DNA of 31,332 nt, taken from NCBI GenBank assembly GCA_011364905.1, contig RDNZ01000032.1:1-31332 (forward strand), in the 5' to 3' direction. The notes below the pieces were generated by a model. It did not search any database. It was not told where the DNA came from and saw only the letters and a program-made list of their open reading frames with translations. This stretch comes from Candidatus Thorarchaeota archaeon. Its GTDB lineage: Archaea > Asgardarchaeota > Thorarchaeia > Thorarchaeales > Thorarchaeaceae. The first letter of the stretch is position 1. Every line of letters starts with the position of its first letter. Made by a program: the position numbers and the translations under genes. Shown here piece by piece: positions 25,910 to 31,332 of this stretch.

Positions 25910-26215
25910 TCAGTCAACTGTGTCATCAGGACGAGCGAGTCCGGTACCACCACATCTCGGGCAAGTGCTGTACTCCGTACCACTCTTTATTTTGCCGGTT
26001 CCTTTGCAGTAGTAGCAATCATCTTTTGGAACATCCAGAGATTTCTCAGCACCTCTGGCAAATGCGGCTCCAACTCCAATCAGCACAACTGCAACGAACA
26101 TGAGAAAGAGGGAAAGGATATACAAGCCAGGTATCGGCAGTATAAGCAACAAACTACCAAAAAATAAAGCAAGTCCAACAATTGACAACAACATGCCAGT
26201 GGTTTTTCTATCCAT
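25910..26215 (-). CDS. Small two-TM membrane protein with a C-terminal DnaJ-type zinc finger
   Basis: Two hydrophobic helices followed by 'CYYCKGTG' and 'CPRCGGTG' (CxxCxGxG twice). Confidence 0.78.
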   Translation of the reverse strand: MDRKTTGMLLSIVGLALFFGSLLLILPIPGLYILSLFLMFVAVVLIGVGAAFARGAEKSLDVPKDDCYYCKGTGKIKSGTEYSTCPRCGGTGLARPDDTVD

Positions 26216-26522
26216 TGTTATTCCCTATCCTAGTGAACTACGGAACTGCTGGACAAACCTGCTTTATAATTTGTGGCTCTGCAAAACTACGACACACCAG
26301 AAATGAAGATCTCTTGGCAAATATCATCAAAGACTTATTAGAAAACATAACGACGAGATCAATTAGTTCATTGGCAACCACGATGCTTTTGGTGGTTGAC
26401 GATTATTCTTACAAATATGTAAGGACTTACACGAACTACTGTGGAATCTTCGATATAGATTACCCGAAATGATAATAGACTGAACTGAAATTAGGTAGTA
26501 GTAATTTGTGGGAGAATGAAAG

Positions 26523-27440
26523 ATGTCGAGAACGGACCTCTTTGCGAAATATACGCAAATGTACGCAAAAGCACAAGCCAAGGAAATTGTACCAGATGGG
26601 ACATTTGTTAGACAACTAATCGACTTGCCTCGACGAAACCTCGATGTAGGCATATTCTTCAAAGCTAAGAGAACAAGCAGAGTCGTGCAGATGTATTTAG
26701 GAAATCCAATTCCAAGTGAAGTGGCATCTGAGGATGGATTTCTTGAGACCGAAGACTCAACCTACTTCAGCAGGTCGATTCTTTCAAAATTCAAGTCAAT
26801 TGATTTCTTAAGGGTAGTAATATCAGCTGGAGAGGTTCTTGTTAAGAAGGAAGAAAGAGTAGAATTCTTGAAAACATCTCAACGCATTATAGATGTCATC
26901 TTAAGAAAAGCTCGGAATATTCTACACATGGAGGAGTTAGAACCATTCAGATTCGACACCAGGGTGCGGACTTTGTATGAGTTCCTCAATGATGAGCTCA
27001 AAATGGATGAAGTGTCAGTACAGGCGGCATCTATTCCATTCAATGTAGCTGGGCCAATGTACATTCTTCTTTCCGATGGCTCGATGATTGTCGTAGGTGA
27101 TGAGCCTATGGTTCCGCAAGCAGAATTCTATCTGGTTGGTGGGATTGGATATAGGTTTGATAAAACAGAAGGTGCAATTAGCGAAGAGCGGTTGTTTAGA
27201 TCAACTGCGGATTTAACGCCATATGGAATAGATGAGGCGTATATTGATGGTATGATTCAAAGAGTCACTGAAGATTTCCAGAATAGACTTCATTCTTTGA
27301 TTTTTACAGACGTTTGGAAGAAAGGCAAATGCAGTCCAATCGGAGTCAACTTTGATGGAAACCTCCTAGTCAAAACAGAAGCAAGCAGTGACATTTGGAC
27401 AGGGGTATTTGAGGTTTATGTGAAGTCGCCTAAAACATGA
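26523..27440 (+). CDS. Hypothetical soluble protein
   Basis: 305-aa ORF, GGAG upstream, normal composition, no motif recognised. Confidence 0.7.
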   Translation: MSRTDLFAKYTQMYAKAQAKEIVPDGTFVRQLIDLPRRNLDVGIFFKAKRTSRVVQMYLGNPIPSEVASEDGFLETEDSTYFSRSILSKFKSIDFLRVVISAGEVLVKKEERVEFLKTSQRIIDVILRKARNILHMEELEPFRFDTRVRTLYEFLNDELKMDEVSVQAASIPFNVAGPMYILLSDGSMIVVGDEPMVPQAEFYLVGGIGYRFDKTEGAISEERLFRSTADLTPYGIDEAYIDGMIQRVTEDFQNRLHSLIFTDVWKKGKCSPIGVNFDGNLLVKTEASSDIWTGVFEVYVKSPKT

Positions 27441-29016
27441 TGAAGTCAAATGCATCTATTGCAAAGAACACAGCGCGATAGGCATAGATTCTGAAAGTGT
27501 AAGTAGAAATTCCAGTTTCAACGCCATCAACAGCTGACCTGAATTCGTTCAAGGAATTGTTTCCAAATGCATTCAGGAATGAAGGCAATGATTCCAGTGT
27601 CACTTGTTCGACCCCATTTCCCCCAGCGAGGGCGATGTCGTTCACCAAGGTATTCATGTCTTGGTAGACGCTATCAGGTCTACCAAAAATATCGGTGGAA
27701 TTTCCTGCTTCGCCAATTCTCATGCTCCAAGAAGGCCCTTGTTTGGAAATCGAGCTAGAGTAAGAGTGAACCAGATATTCGCCTACATCACCTCTCATTT
27801 CGAACGAGAAACGAGAACGAATTGTTGACACGGAAACGAAATCCCAATCTCTCAAAGAACTCGGGGTGACTCCACAAAGTCGCATTGAATTTGAGGCATC
27901 ATTAAGCAAGTCGTCTACAACGAAAGTTTCAACAAGGAGGCCAGAATCTATCCCGGTAGCCTCTGCTTGGGTGTGTAGCATTGATGATGCAGACTCAATT
28001 CTGCTGAGGTCAACGGAATGGATTGATCTTCTAAGTAGACCTCCAAATCCAATCAGGTCAAGACTCCTTATATGCAGCATGAACTCTTGCCACTCAGGAA
28101 TCGAGAAGGTCATATCAAAAAGAATGAACTCCGGCATACTTGTGATGTTAGCCAGTTCGACATCAGTTAACCGATTCAAAGCATTACTGTGACTATCGTA
28201 AATGGACTCAATTAGATCAGTCGTGGCGAGAGTTGTTGGTTCTTCGCTAGCATGGGAACTTCTGTTAGAAGTGAGTGTAATTGAATATGCTATTTCTGTT
28301 TCATTGAGTGCTAGTAGCCAATTTCGTAATCGGGACCATGATGCAGCATCATTCTCAAGAACATGGAGGTCAACAGAGAATGAATTCGACTCAATATCTG
28401 TGAGTAGTTGAGAAGAAGGAGTCACATTTTGATAAGGGTAGTCGAAATCAGCTAGTGGTACACTGAATCTTAATGCAGGAGGCGTATTGACCGCTACAGA
28501 AGCAATGGGACTTTGGCCCATCAGGACTATCGAGATCGGAAATGAAAGCCCTAGCAGGTTTACGAATATAAAGTAGGCAATCACTTTCTTCCCTGCGTCC
28601 CTGAGCCTTCCTCTCGGTCGGAACCTCCCTAGAAAGAAGAGAAAAATCGCAGCAACAATATTGAAGACGAAGCAAACGATGAAACCTCGAACCAAAACCG
28701 AAAGCACTCCAAAAAACACTGTGCAAATCATTAAGAAAACGAAGTTCCAAGCTGCAGTCCGGCCAGTGTAGTACGCACGAATCATAATTGGTAGAATTAT
28801 CATCATTGGAAGAATATAGAGAGCGATTGGCAGTGAATCTACAAATCCCACACCACCCAGGGTCATCCGGGATGTCACAGATATCAAAGCGTAAAGAATC
28901 AGGACCATATTGGCGCTCAGTACAATTGTGATAAAGCGATGAATAATGAGATCATATTTTGGACGAGCATTCACTTGTCGTCGAACTTTTCTTCGTGCTT
29001 CAAGAAGCTGACTCAT
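27430..29016 (-). CDS. Hypothetical membrane protein: about 5 N-terminal TM segments plus a large soluble C-terminal domain
   Basis: 528-aa ORF with a hydrophobic first 170 aa, followed by an alternating alpha/beta-looking domain with several NxS/T sequons. Confidence 0.72.
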   Translation of the reverse strand: MSQLLEARRKVRRQVNARPKYDLIIHRFITIVLSANMVLILYALISVTSRMTLGGVGFVDSLPIALYILPMMIILPIMIRAYYTGRTAAWNFVFLMICTVFFGVLSVLVRGFIVCFVFNIVAAIFLFFLGRFRPRGRLRDAGKKVIAYFIFVNLLGLSFPISIVLMGQSPIASVAVNTPPALRFSVPLADFDYPYQNVTPSSQLLTDIESNSFSVDLHVLENDAASWSRLRNWLLALNETEIAYSITLTSNRSSHASEEPTTLATTDLIESIYDSHSNALNRLTDVELANITSMPEFILFDMTFSIPEWQEFMLHIRSLDLIGFGGLLRRSIHSVDLSRIESASSMLHTQAEATGIDSGLLVETFVVDDLLNDASNSMRLCGVTPSSLRDWDFVSVSTIRSRFSFEMRGDVGEYLVHSYSSSISKQGPSWSMRIGEAGNSTDIFGRPDSVYQDMNTLVNDIALAGGNGVEQVTLESLPSFLNAFGNNSLNEFRSAVDGVETGISTYTFRIYAYRAVFFAIDAFDFIMF

Positions 29017-29117
29017 CTGTCTTCATCTTGGTCTGAAACTACATGCTGATAAAGGTTGATGGGCTTAAACTTTAAGACGATACAATATCCGCTTCAATAT
29101 GTGAGTGATTGACTAGA

Positions 29118-30314
29118 ATGCATGATGTCATCGTGATCGGAGCGGGTCCAGGCGGATCCACTGCAGCCCGATTTTTGGCAATGTCGGGGTTAGATGTTTG
29201 CTTGATTGACAAAGATGAATTTCCTCGTGACAAACCGTGTGGAGGTGGATTCTCCCGTTCAATCATTGACGATTTTTCGTATTTGAAGCCAAGAACTACT
29301 GAGTTTTTGAAAGGAATTGCTCGAGTTGGTGTTCTCCACTCGCCAAATAGACGGATTGTTCTTGAAGGCAAAGTTGACATGGCTCTAGCGCTCCGACTAG
29401 ATTTTGACTATGTTCTTTTTCAAGAGGCTATTTCAGCAGGAGCATCTCCCCTGACAAATACTCGAGCCAAGAGAGTCTCAGTTCATGACACGAAAGTTTC
29501 TGTTGAGTTAACAAATGGAGAAACAGTTCAAGGAAAAATCATCATTGGAGCCGATGGCGTTACTAGCATGGTCGCAAGAGAGGTGGGTCTTAACAAACGT
29601 TGGCCAAGCTCCAGCGTGACAGCCTGTAGGGTGTGCGAAGTTCCAACATCAACTAAAGACATTCTTGATCGATATTCTAGCGATTTGAAATATCATTTCT
29701 TTACGAATTTTGGAAACCAACCCGGGTATGGATGGATTTTTCCAAAGCATGAAACCATCAATATTGGATTAGGGATTGTTGGGACTCATGCACGAGGACT
29801 GCCACGAACGTTTGATGCTTTTGTCAAATATCTCAAGCGAAGAAACCTCTTGCCCGAGAATGCGGACCTCTCTGGATCAAAAGGTGCATTGGTCCCTACA
29901 GCTGGGCCAATAAAGCAAACCGTTGTTGACAGGTGTTTGCTAGTTGGTGACTCTGCCGGACAGGTGAGCCCACTTACGGGTGGAGGAATTGGTCACGCCA
30001 TGAAAGCAGGGAGATACGCCGCTCAAGTCGCAGCTCATGCAATAGAGAGTGGTTCCTTGGATGCCACTAGCCTTGAAGAATACCAAAGCCTTTGGCAATT
30101 TGATTTCGGGGGCGGTCTCCAAAAGCAGCTAGTTGCTCAGAAAGTCTTCACAAGTCCCTTCACAAACCTGCTCTTTCACATAGGCAGCAAGGACGACAGG
30201 ATACAAGAAATAGTATCAGAATCCTTGGCCGAGTCTTCTGGCGGCGATATTGATGTCATACAACTGACTTATCGAACGCTTGTAGTGTGTCTTCGTGAGG
30301 CATTTAAACTCTGA
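29118..30314 (+). CDS. Geranylgeranyl reductase family FAD-dependent oxidoreductase
   Basis: 'DVIVIGAGPGG', 'FPRDKPCGGG', 'IIGADG', 'GYGWIFPK', 'LLVGDSAG.VSPLTGGGI'. Confidence 0.92.
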   Translation: MHDVIVIGAGPGGSTAARFLAMSGLDVCLIDKDEFPRDKPCGGGFSRSIIDDFSYLKPRTTEFLKGIARVGVLHSPNRRIVLEGKVDMALALRLDFDYVLFQEAISAGASPLTNTRAKRVSVHDTKVSVELTNGETVQGKIIIGADGVTSMVAREVGLNKRWPSSSVTACRVCEVPTSTKDILDRYSSDLKYHFFTNFGNQPGYGWIFPKHETINIGLGIVGTHARGLPRTFDAFVKYLKRRNLLPENADLSGSKGALVPTAGPIKQTVVDRCLLVGDSAGQVSPLTGGGIGHAMKAGRYAAQVAAHAIESGSLDATSLEEYQSLWQFDFGGGLQKQLVAQKVFTSPFTNLLFHIGSKDDRIQEIVSESLAESSGGDIDVIQLTYRTLVVCLREAFKL

Positions 30315-30379
30315 TTTGATAAAATCAAATAATCTCCCCTTGCTTGCCAATTGACTGGTTCTTGTATCAAGTTTGAATT

Positions 30380-30937
30380 TCAATCTGAATGCAAGATGTC
30401 AGTTTGAAGATTCTCAATTAGAGAAAAGACTTCTGGACGACCAAGTAGTTTCCTACGTGTTTCACTTAGGTTGTTGATGACGCATGCAACACCAATGACC
30501 TGAGCCCCCAGTTTCTCAACAACCTTAGTCACAGCCAATACCGAGGTCCCTTGAATTATCCAGTCATCAACGATAGCCACTCGGTCACCCGCGTCTATGG
30601 AATCAGACACAATCGCGAGTCGCCTATCTGCAAACATGCTATCGGGAAAGAATTCTACAGGTCGTTGATAGTCTTCAGGGAGATATGCAATGGAACGAGC
30701 TGGAACAACCCCGCAGCCAAGATAGTACGCAATCGCACTCCCGAGGGCAAGACCTCTTTGTTCTATCCCTATGACCTTGTTTGGTCGAACCTCTACGAAT
30801 GGCTTTGCCAGAGTGACAACAGCTTCGTGGAAAACATGAGGATGCTCCAAAAGCCTGCTAATGTCGCAAACAGCCATTCCAGGTTCAGGCCAGTCCCTAA
30901 TCACATCGACGTATTCTGAGAAATCCACCTGTGCCAT
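30380..30937 (-). CDS. Adenine phosphoribosyltransferase-like type I PRTase (divergent active site)
   Basis: 'DWPEPG...DIS.LL..P', 'GIEQRG', and PRPP loop 'VAIVDDWIIQGTS'. Confidence 0.8.
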   Translation of the reverse strand: MAQVDFSEYVDVIRDWPEPGMAVCDISRLLEHPHVFHEAVVTLAKPFVEVRPNKVIGIEQRGLALGSAIAYYLGCGVVPARSIAYLPEDYQRPVEFFPDSMFADRRLAIVSDSIDAGDRVAIVDDWIIQGTSVLAVTKVVEKLGAQVIGVACVINNLSETRRKLLGRPEVFSLIENLQTDILHSD

Positions 30938-31096
30938 CGTTTCAACCTGAGCTGAGCTAGCTACTAGTAAGATTTTATTCTTTCTGTAGCAATCATTAAT
31001 GAGAAGAACAATGGCCTTGATGATAGTTACACACGAAACAGTTAAGAAAATACAAAGGGCTTTGGTCTACACTCAGCTAGGAGGCTCTAAGCAGTC

Positions 31097-31332
31097 TTGA
31101 TAATCCCTGGCACAACAATCTCACTAACATTGACTCCAACTTACGTTGAAGTCCGTGATAAGGGAACAGTGAAGAAGAAGATTCCCCTCAAAGACAGATC
31201 GTTTGATGACGTTGCTCTAGAGCTACAAAAGTATCTCCGTTATCTTGGCAAAAGGCTAGCACCAGGAGTGCTTGAGGACGTTTTAGTCCGCATTGGACTT
31301 CCTAAAGCGAGAAGAGTTCTAAAGGAACCGGT
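31097..31332 (+). CDS. Hypothetical protein, 3'-truncated by the window end
   Basis: TTG at 31097 after GGAGG; frame open to the end: MIIPGTTISLTLTPTYVEVRDKGTVKKKIPLKDRSFDDVALELQKYL... Confidence 0.6.
   Translation, partial: MIIPGTTISLTLTPTYVEVRDKGTVKKKIPLKDRSFDDVALELQKYLRYLGKRLAPGVLEDVLVRIGLPKARRVLKEP

Noticed and set aside
26100-26662. Short ORFs 26100-26306, 26182-26472 and 26363-26662
   Set aside because: They overlap better-supported genes or lack SD and coding-like composition.
2506-30919. Numerous short antisense or alternate-frame ORFs nested in long genes (e.g. 2657-3214, 17901-18308, 19931-20401, 30551-30919)
   Set aside because: Shadow ORFs of well-supported genes, with no independent motifs.
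1-31332. CRISPR array, IS element, integrase, tRNA or rRNA
   Set aside because: No regularly spaced repeats, transposase or integrase motifs, terminal inverted repeats or structured-RNA signatures were seen, and intergenic gaps are short.

Overview
A densely coding archaeal window of about 27 CDS, with no rRNA, tRNA, CRISPR array or mobile element that I can recognise. The gene content (F420/H4MPT enzymes, tungsten aldehyde:ferredoxin oxidoreductase, geranylgeranyl reductase, several longin/roadblock proteins, a repetitive N-glycosylated surface protein) points to an Asgard archaeon, probably Thorarchaeota-like; this assignment is an inference. The most interesting region is 13.0-19.8 kb. It holds two tandem paralogous longin + double winged-helix proteins whose architecture recalls the GATOR1 subunits NPRL2/NPRL3, and one of them carries an inserted roadblock domain. 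The second overlaps the start of a MinD/ParA-family ATPase. The unit is flanked by a divergent MFS-like membrane protein fused to a helix-hairpin-helix domain and by an unannotated single-TM microprotein, and a uDENN/longin-TackOD1 fusion lies 2.6 kb upstream. Other notable items are an enlarged NurA-HerA pair without mre11/rad50, a glycogen-debranching-enzyme homologue and an APRT homologue with degenerate catalytic motifs, a bacterial-type ribA, and a missed 49-aa ORF upstream of aor. All domain calls come from visual motif recognition and need HMM or structure confirmation.
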